From the NCBI GenBank assembly GCA_009602735.1, contig WELA01001870.1:110202-174201 (forward strand): DNA of 64,000 nucleotides, in the 5' to 3' direction. Under the pieces are notes generated by a model. The model worked only from the letters and a program-made list of their open reading frames with translations, made no database searches and was not told the origin of the DNA. This document shows positions 13,243 through 25,306 of this stretch, piece by piece. This stretch comes from Mesotaenium endlicherianum. Lineage: Eukaryota. The position numbers were made by a program, and so were the translations under genes. Numbering within the stretch: the stretch's first letter is position 1; each line of letters begins with the position of its first letter.

Positions 13243-16200
13243 ATGGCAGCTATGAGTGCGGCTTGTGCCCTTAGTACTGCTCAGTGTGTAGTTTCGGGGG
13301 TACTTTCGACCGTCGCCAAACAAAATGTAGCTTGCACGACTGCGTCCACCGCTAGCATCTCCTACGACGGTGCCTGCCATGCAAATGCACTTAAAGAAGC
13401 AGGACGCCGGTCTTCGTCGACCTCTTGGCCGAATCACACCAAGCTGACTAGCGTTTCCAGACGGGTAAGCCTAGGATGCCGAGCATCTGAGGGGTCAGAG
13501 ACTCTGGAACAGAGAGAAGAAGGAGACGGCCGCGATGATCTTAATGCGATCCGACAAAGATTAGAGGGCAGCATGCAGCCGTCAAAGAGGTTCACGGGGA
13601 AGGAGCTGAGGTTTGTGCTCGTCCCTTACAGTGTGCATCTAGTCTGGGCATGTTCATATGCATGGTGGTTATCTGTGTTTTCGTCGACGGACCATGGAAT
13701 CCAGAGAGTGACATCAAGGCTGCTAGTCACAGGAATTGGCCGGCCCTGCACCTGCGCTGTCATCCACGTGCCATCTTCTGGAGGTTAGGCTTAGGTGTCA
13801 TCGAGTGCAAGGTGAAGAAGGGGAGGGCCCCGCGAAGTAGTGATATAGCGGGCCTTTTTCTTCTTTTACAAGCTCCCCCCCGCTTCACTTCTCAATGAAA
13901 ATTGAAGGGGGGGCATGCAGTGCCATGCACTGCATGCACTTTACGTAACGTCTCGCTTTTTCATCCCGCTGGCGCACAGATTTGGGCCTTGTCTCTTCGC
14001 CTGGCTCTGCAGGCTGTTCATTGCGAATGAGACTAACAGAGGGATGGGATCGGTTTTGGGGCCTCTGTTGGCTTCGTTCCTAAGACACAGGCTGAGAATG
14101 ATGTCCAATGCCTCCTACCGGCGCATGTCCTGGCATTCCGCCCTACGTTCAGCCTAAATGCAAAGCACGCATACATACATTCAGAGCAAGATATTTACTA
14201 CGAAAAGAGTAGGTCAAGAACGAACATAGACACGCAACTGTAATCTTCTCTGTGTTTGTGACTACTCTTAGTAACATATGGATGCGCGATATACACGAGC
14301 ATGATGTGGGGCCTGAGAATGTAGAGGTCCTTCTTGGGAGTCTCCAGCGCCTGCTCGCCCTCCAGGTGGCTCGTCCTGGAGCAAGCAAGCGGGGGTGTCC
14401 ATGCTCCCGCTTCAGCCCAGTAGCCAGTGTGAACAGGTGCTGGCAGTGCGTGAATAATTTGGACCGAGGTTAGAACCAGAGTGCGAGCCAGGCCGACAGC
14501 CAGTGTGAACAGGTCCTGGCAGTGCAACCTTTTCAGGGAGAGACCAGAGTAGAAGAGGGGGCCAGTGTGAACAGGTGCTGGCCTGTAAACAGGTTGGGGA
14601 GGAAGTTGGAGCAAAGTATAGGGCTGAATACAAGGGGAAAGGCAGCCACAAGAGGGACAGTTGCACTCAGTGCCCCCCGGGGGGGGGGGGNNNNNNNNNN
14701 NNNNNNNNNNNNNNNNNNNNNNNNNNNNNNNNNNNNNNNNNNNNNNNNNNNNNNNNNNNNNNNNNNNNNNNNNNNNNNNNNNNNNNNNNNNNNNNNNNNN
14801 NNNNNNNNNNNNNNNNNNNNNNNNNNNNNNNNNNNNNNNNNNNNNNNNNNNNNNNNNNNNNNNNNNNNNNNNNNNNNNNNNNNNNNNNNNNNNNNNNNNN
14901 NNNNNNNNNNNNGGGGGGGGGGCTTAGAATCTGGTCGTGTGGACACCCGCTGAACCTGGTCGTGATTTGGGGCGGCATGCAGAGCGGCCGTGGTGGCGCG
15001 GTATGGGCGAGCCTACGACGTCCGCCTCTCCACCTTCAACAGCAAGGTCTACCTCCAGGTGAGAGCGCCAGCTGTCGCCCTGCAGCACGCACGCACATGG
15101 AGGAAAGGGCCCGTGCGCCAGCTCAGCCCGCCCGGCCGCCCCCTCCTCGCGCCAGCTCCTCACTCTCCACCACCGCCCCGAGGCGGTGTGGTGGTTAGAA
15201 AGCACCCCAGGTGACTGATAGGATTGGGCGTCTGAGAGTCATCGCACGGGGGGGAAGAGTCTCTGCCAGGTGGGCTCCTTGGGAGAGAAGGAGGAGGAGG
15301 AGGAGGAGGAGCGTCTTCGCCCGGGTCTAGCTTGCAAGCAGGAGACGGAGGGGGCTGAGGGACTGCTGGTGAGGCAAGGGAAGCATGCGGAGACGGGGAG
15401 CCTGTGGGAATTGTCAGCTCGAGGCAGCCTGGTGGAAAATTAGCACAGCAGGCGTGCGCGTGTGAAAGGAACCCGAGGCTGGCGACCTCGGAGCGGGAGC
15501 AAAAGGATCGAGGGGGAGGGGTGGAGCTGGAGCTGGAGAGGTGAAGGCAGCGCATGCAACGGCAGAGGGCCTGACACGTGGCGTGCGTTCGCTGACGCGC
15601 TTGTTCGTGTGTACATGGGTCGGGGGTGGTGTTTGGGGGTGGGGGGGCGGGAGTGCTCCGTGTTGCTGCAGGTAATGTGGCGCTTCTTGGGGCAGCGATC
15701 GTTCCATCTCTCGGTGAGCTCTCATTCCTCGGTCCCTTGTGCTCCCAGCGAGACAACCCGTCACTTGACTGCCAGGAGTCTTTGCAAGTGCTGCTTTCGC
15801 GGGCAGCCTGCCTGCTATCTCTGTGTGAATGTGTGTGATTGTGGGGGCGCGCACGAGCGTGTGCGTGCATGCGCTTGTCAGAGAAGGAGGTCTTATGCGT
15901 GTTACCGCCTGCCTTCACCTCTGCCTCCACCTCCACCTCTGCCTCCTCCGCTTCTGCCTCTTGGCGCGATGCGGCCGCCTTTGACATTCTCTTTGCTTCT
16001 GCTGGGTGGGGGGGGCGTCGTGGGAGCAGGAAGAGATGTATGACGAGCAGCTGGGGGCTGTTGCCGAGTTCCTGTCGCACTGGGGCGTCAGTGACATGTA
16101 CGGCTTCCCGCCTGCCCCGGGACAAGTGGCGTGCCCTGCATTCGCCACTTGCCCCTGCCTTTCTCTTGCTTGCCTAGTTACCAGGTGGCGGGTCTGCCAA

Positions 16201-16656
16201 GTTCTGCTAACGCATCGGACTCTTGTGGATGCTCACCAAGCATGCTGATAAGTACCAACTAAGACGGAGCCGCTCAGCAACTGCTCAGATACAGTTACAT
16301 GCTTGAAATCTTAAAATGCTTTTCTAAAAACGGACGTGCTCCAGGCCTCCCCAGGTGTGATGCAGTTGTGCGCGGGCGATTGCGTGCCAGTTGCCGGTAT
16401 TCCGCCTGCCATTGTATATTTCTCTTCAAGGATTGGAATGGGCAAAGATGTGCTGGCGGATGTGCTTCCCTCAAAGCAGCCAGAGAGTGGCCTGCTGCTG
16501 CTGCTGCTGTGTGGGGGGAGCAGGGTCGTGGAGTTTCTGAGAACCACAAAGCAGCGGCCGGGCTTCACTGGCGGGGGGGGCGCCAAGGCGGTCTCGATAC
16601 CCCTGAACGTCAGCAGGGGACAGGGCCGCGGCCAAGAGTGGATGGACCACTTCTAG
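13243..16656 (+). CDS. DUF3067 family protein (cyanobacterial/plastid type) with N-terminal transit peptide; 5 exons: 13243-13610, 14983-15058, 15672-15713, 16030-16097, 16524-16656
   Basis: All GT-AG junctions keep frame. The spliced product reads FTGKELRAAVVARYGRAYDVRL...KVYLQVMWRFLGQRSFHLSEEMYDEQLGAVAEFLSHWG...VVEFLRTTKQRP...KAVSIPL, which matches the DUF3067 pattern I recall. Confidence 0.85.
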
Positions 16657-17751
16657 CCTCGACCTCGTTGTGCTGTTGACCGACGAGTTGGAACTTTTCT
16701 TTGGGATGTCTTGACTGACGTGAATATGTCGGCTGCCAGTTCAACAGTTCGCATGTTTGCTCTCTTGTGCTCCCAATTGAGGATGTATATTACCGTAAGA
16801 CTATGATATATATGTGGAAATGATGAGTTTGTTGTAGCAATCTTAGCAAGTTATAATGGGGGGGTAGGAGGAAGGCAGCCTTTTTGAAACAATTTATATT
16901 GGCACATACACATTTTTCTATCGGGGTAGGAGGAGGGGATATTTTTTGGCTTTAGACATAGCCCGGGTATTGTGGGGGTACATTGTGGAGTCAGTAATTG
17001 TCCATCATCTGCAGGACTTTGCTACAGTTTGTTTGACAAGATGACGCCTCGTGTATGGCCTTGGGTAGGCATCTCTTATATTCTCAATGAGTTCACCTGC
17101 CAACGTAGGAGGCACTTCGAGATTGCATTTCAAACATATTCAGTGTTTCTCATTCTTGACGTGTGCTCATTCTTTAGAAGGCGGGTGCAATCCCTGTGCA
17201 AGCAGGTCAACTTTCTGACTTGCTTTTGCGTACACACCTTTGTGACACGTGTCACGCAAAACACCACACACATACTCGTCTGTGAGTCAATTTATGCATC
17301 TGTCCAGCCATTATGGCACTTTACACTGCTAGGCCTGGAAGGAGATAACACAGCATAGAGTTGGCGGAACGTACGTATCCAATTTTGATGAGTTTCACGC
17401 TAGCTTATAGGCAAGCCACCATGGAGAAATTCCTGCATGCAAGCGTTCGTGGTCGAAAGATTCCCTCACACAGATGTCCGGCACATGCTCGCCACACTTG
17501 CAAAGACCAACATCATCAGCAAAACAGCACCACTTGTGCAAGAACCAGATAATTCAGCGACATTTGGTTACTCAAATATCATGTACACCGACTCGAACGG
17601 ACATCCTGGGCAACAATGGCACCAAGTAAGAGCTATCTCAGCACTTGAGTCCACGCGCAGAGCCACCGAGCAGCTGCCCCTCAGCGTGCACTACCTCGCA
17701 GCAGCAGCAGCACAACGCTTGAAGTCACCGAGATCGCGACAAGCGCAAAAC

Positions 17752-20700
17752 CTACATCTGGCTGAGAATGATGCGAGCGTAGAGTATCTCGTTCCACGTG
17801 TCGGGGATTCCCGGCAGGCACCAGTGGAGGCAGTCCTGAACGTTTGCGCGCTTCCAGTAGTCCCATCGCGACAGGTGGGCCTCCCCCCTAAAGTCCGACA
17901 GGTAGGTGACGTTCATCAGGTGCACGCTGGTGCCCGCCACCGCCTCCTCCGACACCAGGTCCCGCGAAGATCTCTTGGCCAGGTCCTTTGCGTTCAGCGA
18001 CACCTGTAAGGGGCCGGCGTGCAAGAAAGGGACAGGGGGAAGACGTGAGATGTCTGTGAGAGGCGTGTGAGGGGAGGGCGGGGGCAGGGGAGTTGAGACG
18101 CGTGCGAGAAGGTGTGAGGGGAGGCAAAAGACGTGAGTCATCTGTGAGAGGCATTAGAGGGGAGCACAAACAACCGAGGAGGCTATGGATCCGCGTGTCG
18201 TTGATTTTGAAGAAAGAGCAGACTGAAGGTGGAGGCTCAGATCGGGGGCACAGACTCCCCATGAAGGAAAAGTCCGCAGCCACCAGCAGTCAGTAACAGC
18301 CACAAGTGCCCAGTTTTTGAACACTTTTTTTTGTGGTTGCAAGTGTGACAGGGAGACAGACGGGCGGGCGGGCGGCGGGCGGGCGGGCCAGAGAGGAGAG
18401 GAGAGGAGCAGCAAACGACGGGCACGAAGGCGTTAGTGTGTTCGGGCGGGACTTAGCAGAAGTGACGTGGATAGTGATTGAGTTTGTGCACAGGCGGCTG
18501 CGGGTACCTAGGGCAACAGTGAGGTTGTGGGTTGTGGTAGCAGGTCCCTGGTGGGGAGCCAATCTGAACTAGATGTTGTGGAGCACCGGCATGCGAAGCT
18601 TTTACATGTGCAGCACTCCGGCTGTCAGGCACATCAGACTGCAAGCGTTTGACTTCTCAAACAACAGTTGGTGGGCAGGCTGCTTGCTACCATAGAACAG
18701 CTCTTCATCACTGGTGGAGGGAGTTTTTGAAGCTTCTGCAATCTTCAGCTAAATTTTACCGTCTGACTATGAGCTCTTCCTTCAAACTGGATGANCCTCA
18801 AAATAGACACACACACACACGCATACACACACAAACGGAGAAAGAGAGAGAGAGCGAGGGAGAGACAGGGGATGAGGGAGAGGGGGAGAGGGGTGCTTGT
18901 GCTCGAGCGGGCCGGGCCGTACCTTGATGTTGTCGCAGCGTCCCCCAGAGTCCCACTCGCCGTCCATGAAGTGACGCGGGGACATGGTGCGCAGTAGGAC
19001 CATCGGCTGGCCCTCCCCCCCATCCGGGCGGCCCCGTGCTCGATCGTCGAGCCAGCGCACCACACTCCTGACGGTGGTCTCCTTGGCAAGAGCAAGCTCA
19101 AAGACGCCGCCGCCGCGCCCCCCCCTCGGCCTGGCGGTCAGATTTGCCAGGGTGCCGTTCACATGGAAGTCCCACTTGTAGAGCTCCTTCTTGTTCCTGC
19201 GCAAGGGAGCCCGCCGCACGCGTGTACGTGCATGCATGCATGCAAGCCAGCAGCCACGCCCACAGGGACGGGCGGTCGGACGCGCACGCGCACACGCACA
19301 TGCACATGGACACGTGTAAGAGCAAGCGCTTGCTCGTAAGAGCACGCCTGGCCAAATGGGATGGCACCGATAATATGCATTTGTGTGCGCGCGCCGTGCC
19401 TGTGGCCTGGTGGAGAAGAACATGGCGATGCGTCTGGTCTCTCGCGTGACACGTGGCACTTTGACTATTTCTTCGGACTGTCTGGAGGCCAACAGTCTCT
19501 ATAGCGGCTGGGCTGAGTAGAGGACATGGAGTGCGGGAAACACACCTAAAGAGAGCAGGCATGCTAGACCCTACTAGTTCTGGAGCCAGGATTAAAACCA
19601 CAAACACCCTAACACCCGGACACCCTGATACCCAAGCCTTAGGCCCTAGCCCATGACCCCCGGCATGCGCCTGCAGCAAGATATTAAATAGTATGCCAAA
19701 CTCTCTACAGCCCACAAGGCAGGCTCCCTAGACGGGCCTGGCGGGGGACTGCTCCCTTCTGCGTGGAGGTTTGACTCTTGAGCCAGCAAGCAGGCTTGCT
19801 ACTTTTTCCAAGTATCAACCGGCAGGTATCGCAGATGCCAGGTGGCGACTCCTCGATCGGCATCACCAACGTCAACTCCACTGTTCAATCCAGGAGAGAA
19901 TTTGCTTCAAAGGTGACCTCCGATAAGCGCTTGTCTGGTGTCCGTGTGGGGTCTCTGCCCTTTCTGCTGCCCGAGACGTGCTTTGCGATAGTCGTGGGCA
20001 TAACTGGGGGAATAACTCTGGGGGAGTGTGTGCATGAGAAGCAGGAGCTTGGGTAAATAGTCACGCACGTCACCATCGCGCAACAGCAGTGGAAGAAGCA
20101 GTCTGAGAAGGAAAAGGAGCTTGAGGGCAAGCGGAATAGGGAGCAACAGCAACTGGCGCCTAAGGTGGAGATGCTGTAGAAGAAGCGAGAGAGAAGGGGG
20201 CAACAGCCGCACATAGAGGGAGAAGCGGCAGAAGGAGGAAGGGGAAGAGGAGAGGACGAGAAAAAGAGAGGAAGTGGAAGAGAGAAGAAGAGGGAGAGGA
20301 AAAGGAAGAGGGAGCAGCAGCAGCAGCAGCAGCAGCAGCAAATGAAGCAGAGAGGAAGGGGGGCAGCAGCAGCAGCAGCTACAGCAGCAGCATACAGACC
20401 AGCAGGGGGAGCAGCAGAGAGAGCAGCAGGGAGAGCAACAGCAAGGTCGTCAAGGGGAGCAGCAGAGGGCCCAGCGCGAGACCTGTTCCAGTGATGCCCG
20501 GTGTTGAGCACGACGACGTGCAGCTTGTCCGCATGCTGCTGCAGAAACGGGTGCGGGCGGTCCAGGTGGAAGGCCTGGCCGGCCGTGGGCTCCGATGCGT
20601 TGTACGGCTGTATGTCGCACATGCAGCTCGTCCATGCGAGCGCCACGGTGGCGTTGAAGCGCGTGAAGTTGTACGCCCAGCCGCTGGGTCGCTTGAGCTC

Positions 20701-23024
20701 GGGCGACGTCACAAATCCAAAGGTGGGCCCCACATCCTCAACGGGGTCGTCCTTGTGGTGCTCCGAGAGGAGGCACAGGAGGGACTGGAACTGCTGCTGC
20801 CCGAGGGAGTCCCCCACAAAGGCCACTACCTTGTTCTGCATTCTGAACACCCTCTCCCCGCCCCCCCCAAAAATAGGAAAGATTAACCCGCACCCAGCCA
20901 CCCTCCCCTCCCCCTTCCTTTCATGAGCCTAGATACTCCCTCAAGCAGCATATGCTCCATGACATAGTATGTGCTGATTATGCTGAACGTGCTGAACATG
21001 CTGAACAAGTATATGCAAAGCAACAATGCTTTACTGACAGTGCTTTCCAAGCACTCAGCTTTGAAGCTTTTGCCGAGCACAATACAAGTGGAGGCCAGGC
21101 CATGGAGCTCCAGGCATGACGGTTGCACTCGATTGCAAGACACTGGCGTGAACTGGACAGAAAAGCTTGTCATAGGAGCAAAGCAGTCAAGAAAAGCAAA
21201 GTGGTCACCCAATAAGCTCTCTCAATAAACACGGTGTCTCTGATGCCTTACCTCTCACAAGCACCAAACCACCACATCTTGGGGAGCTTCAACAATGTAA
21301 GGCAGCTGACGGCTACAGCTAACCACGTCAGCAGCAGCAGCAGCAGGAGGAGGTGTTGGAGAAGCCGTAGGAGCAAGGGCAGGAGCAGGACCTTCAGCAG
21401 GAGCAGGAGCAGGAGCAGGAGCAGAGTAGTAAGAAGAGGAGCAGGAGAAGAGGTGGGAGTCTGAGTAGGAGTACAAGGAGTGTCGTAGTCGTAGTAGTAG
21501 AAGGAGGAGTCAAAACAAAAGTATTGACCTGCGCAGAAAGTCTGTAGCATTGAAGCGGGGGAGAGAACAGTCTCGGGGTTGCCACCGGAAGTACTCATAG
21601 TCATAGTTTGGCCGCACGGTTTTCCTGCATGCCCAGTTGGGCGCGAGCCACTGGCATGTCGATCCGTTATATAGAGGTCGAGTGGTGTCCGGCAGCCACT
21701 CTCCCTTGTATAAGTCACACTCAGGCGTCATCGCTGCACAGATGAACATGGATCACACTTCATTTGCTGAGTAGAGCACGGCAGATCAAAGACTTGGCCT
21801 GGGCTGGTCGAGGCTGGAGACAGTTCGTGAGTGAAGCTACTCACAGAAACTGCAACAGGGCATCAGACGGTCTCGGAAAGCAGTACTCTACTTGGACAAC
21901 AGAGCTGGATGATGAATTGAAAGAGTATGAGATCATACGTTTGCTTGCGTCTGCAGGACGCCTCTCAGCTGGAGGAGCTACTGGTGCTTCCGTCTGCAGC
22001 TGTTCCTCATGAAGTTGCGCTTCTGATGCGACAGCTGCACTAACATCAGACCCTCTGCTAGATCCAGCCCTCCCTCTACCAGGCGGCCACCTGGCAGCAG
22101 CTTCACCGCCTGCTTGATTCTGATCACTCGTGACACTACTTTCAGTCTTGGTGATGTGTTGCATGTCATCAGCAGGCATGCTGTGAGTAGGAGGTTCTGC
22201 TGCAGCATGTACACGAGGCACTGGAGTAGCTGCAGCCTTTGGATTGCTCGCAGGGCTTGCCTCTGTGGCGTGTGCTCTTACCGCGCTGACCAAAACTCCA
22301 TCACTTTCCTCCTTGCCATCCTTTTTGTCTTTTCCAGGAAGCAGAGCCCCAGGTCCTTGTTCTGGTTCTGTGCTCTGCATGCTTCCATGCTGCATGTTCC
22401 TGTCACCCTGACTGTCTATTTCTGGGCTTGAAGGGAGATTTAAATTAGTTGCATATATATCCTGCTCTCCGTGTTGTCCAGACACTTTAACTTTGTCGCC
22501 CGAGACATCAGCCACGTCTTCTTTGGTCGATACTTCATCACTGCTTTCAAACCTGCCCCCCTCCTTCACTTTCTTCACTGGCGTATTTGGAGGAGTGAAG
22601 TTTGATACATTGTTCTGATCCGTGCTGCTTGTGCCTAAGATAGCTTGTGCATCATCCGATGACAAAACAGCTGAGAATCAAGAGATAGAAAGAGAAACTG
22701 TTTCAGCATGCAGGTCTCAACGTCAAGGCATAAACGATGGGGAGAGCCTGCTTTGAAGAGCTTCAGGATATTGGCATTGTGGTAACTTGGTACACAAGCT
22801 TTCTGCAAGAGCATTCTTCTGCAAGTTTCAAGGCAGCATACCACATTGTGAGAGGACGACTCCTTACCTCTTGCTGGCTGTAGGAGAATGGAAGATTTCT
22901 GAAGTTGGTTCACAAATGAAAGATCAGAAGAGAGGCCATACTTCCAGGAAAGCAATAGTGACGACAAGACAAGGATTGCCGCAATTGCAGGCGCTGACCA
23001 GGGCCTCTGCATCTCAGGCCACAT
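17752..23024 (-). CDS. TBL: Trichome birefringence-like (TBL; PMR5N + PC-esterase/DUF231) polysaccharide O-acetyltransferase, TBL14/15/16-like; 6 exons ~22868-23024, 21939-22670, 21529-21734, 20482-20843, 18922-19198, 17752-18004
   Basis: N-terminal TM anchor; CDLYKGEW...WAC...FRWQP PMR5N domain; AFVGDSLGQQQFQSL (GDS motif); LNTGHHWN; RTMSPRHF...GGRCDN; QDCLHWCLPGIPDTWNEIL (DxxH motif). Confidence 0.93.
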
Positions 23025-23726
23025 CTCTGCACTTGCCTGATTGAATCATGTCACCATACGAGCCATGTGACCTGCAGCCTGCTGACAGCAAGCCTAATAT
23101 CCTTGGTTGCAAGAGAGCTACTTCATATCGTACAACGTCTCGAAAAAAGACATGAATAAGAGACCTTATAGCTCATCACAGAGAGAGCAATAGTTGATCA
23201 TGTCATATCAAGTACTTATTTTTTGGCTTCATTGCTTCAGTCCAATATGATTGTGAATAACGATCACCTGTGCAATAACCCTGATCGCGAAAGACAATCT
23301 TCTGGAGACCCGAAGTGGAAATATACAATGGCAAAGCGTCGTCTAAAGCTTCCACGTATAAGTGTACTGGTAAATCGTCATGGTCATAGAGATAGAGCCC
23401 GCGAATGGAACTTAAATCATCTATGACGTTCATCGGATTCCTCTTTTATGCAGCTTAAGGGATCACTGCACGATATTTACACACGGGCCGGAGAGGTTTC
23501 CACATTGCAGATTCTAAATTGTGACATGCAGCATGATAGAGCTTCTCCGCACATCACACTGAAGATCTCGACGACTTTCGAAGTTAGTCTTGAGCGCAGT
23601 CCACACGAAGTCACGTCGAGGACATGACAAGACATCCCGCACGTTAGAGCTGATTAAAGCTGGTTAAAGCTGGTTAAAAAGCTGATCAGTTATGAATGTG
23701 ATCCTACATGGGTCACAATCGAGGGA

Positions 23727-23937
23727 TGTCGTGCCTAACAGTGTAGGAGCCCCCTGGCGCGTGCGTTGCGGCACGCAAGGAATCGACCGGGATGATCAAC
23801 CCTCGCACGTGTGTCGGTGGCAGGCTGGCTGAGGGTTGACCCATTCCTGGTCTGCCTGCACTGGCATCGTGCGGTGGCGCATTCCACACTTAGTAGACAT
23901 CTCCAAAAAAGTTATCTTATACTCTATTTTCCTTACA
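23727..23937 (-). repeat. Terminal repeat B2 (211 bp, TGTAAG...CACGACA on the minus strand)
   Basis: Aligns by eye with 25206-25306 plus 29985-30096, and more distantly with the reverse complement of 43460-43761. Confidence 0.85.
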
Positions 23938-25203
23938 AGTAGGACAGAAGCGTCTTACTTCCACACAGGCTTTCGCCCAAGTTGAGGGTTTACAAGATGA
24001 ACAAGTTTGTAGTTTGCAAAAATCGTGTCTAAGCAGCTTAACAGGCAATGCCAGATTCAGAGAAAATCGCCCTTCAACGCTTTCGCTTAACTTTCACAAG
24101 TTACAACTTACAAAACTCTGAAATTGCACATCTATGCTGGCCTGATCTGAGCTCCTCACTCAACACCGCGCCTAAACAGTTCTTCACTGCTTGGCTGGGC
24201 TCACTCTGTTCTTCACTGAGAGCTTTACTTGTTAATACTACTCTTGCTATCAGCAATTCGACAATTGAGACTTCTGATAACTTGGAAACTAACACAGCAC
24301 TCACCATTCTAAGAGGCTTTCGCACGCTTGTGGTGTTCGGTCCGAATCTGTGCTAATCTCCCAACAGATTCTATTCTGCAGCTCTCTACCTTCTACCAGC
24401 GAGATCCCCTCTTGGGAACTCCTGAGGTCTAACCTTTCTATGATACACTTGAGAAAATATCTTCTAGCGTCGGCAGAAGCGTGGCGTCTCGGCTCTTCTG
24501 TGGCCTTGGGAACTCCTTCTTCTTCGCGCTCCTTCTTCTCCTTTTCTTTTGTACCTGTGTCTTCCGCATTCTTGACAACGCAATACGAGCCAGAATGAGG
24601 CAGCTTCAGGCAGGACTCGTGCCTTTTGCAGGCACCACACATTATCCTCTCTCGAGAATGCCAGTGCTTAGTCACAGCGCTCAGCTTGCATGCCGTCCTT
24701 ACTTAGCAGCCTTCAAACAGCTTCGAAGTTGTCACCCAGCATGCATGCATGCCTTGTGATTGTTGCGCGTGACTGCTTAGCCTTTCAGCTGGCAATCATG
24801 CATAGGTGGCTGGCGGCTGGCAGCGTTTGAGATGAACGCTCAACCCGTGCTAAGTCACTTGAGGGTATTGGCCGAGGTGGCACACAACGCCTCTGCAACA
24901 TCCCTGCTATACTTGGCTTAGATAGCCAATTGATCAGCACCTTCTTGGCACTTGTTGGGCTGGCTCATTACTGGTTCCAAGCCCCTAGCCTTTTGGCTGA
25001 CCACTTTGTCCAAATCCCCATCCATCCCTGGGTGTGGGGTTTGACGAGTCGTGACCACTTTGACAGTGACAACAACTTTGACATAACCGCTGACTGAGAT
25101 AATTCAATTCTTTGGTCGGTGAATCAACGCTGACTTTCCGTACCTGGTCGACCGTGACTTGCGTTGCGCGTGTGGCACCGTCCAGTGGTTGGCAGTCGCG
25201 ACA
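23938..25203 (-). repeat. Terminal repeat A2 (~1.27 kb)
   Basis: Direct repeat of 40895-42120, running from agtaggacagaagcgtc to gcagtcgcgaca, with substitutions and small indels. Confidence 0.9.
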
Positions 25204-25306
25204 GCTGTCGTGCCTAACAGTGTAGGACCCCCCTGGCGCGTGCGTTGCGGCACGTGAGAAATCGACCAGCTTGATCGACCCTCGCACGTGTTTCGGTGGC
25301 AGGCTG

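Noticed and set aside
14422..14583. CRISPR-like repeat-spacer array
   Set aside because: Only three units with unequal spacers, inside a eukaryotic intron, and no cas genes.
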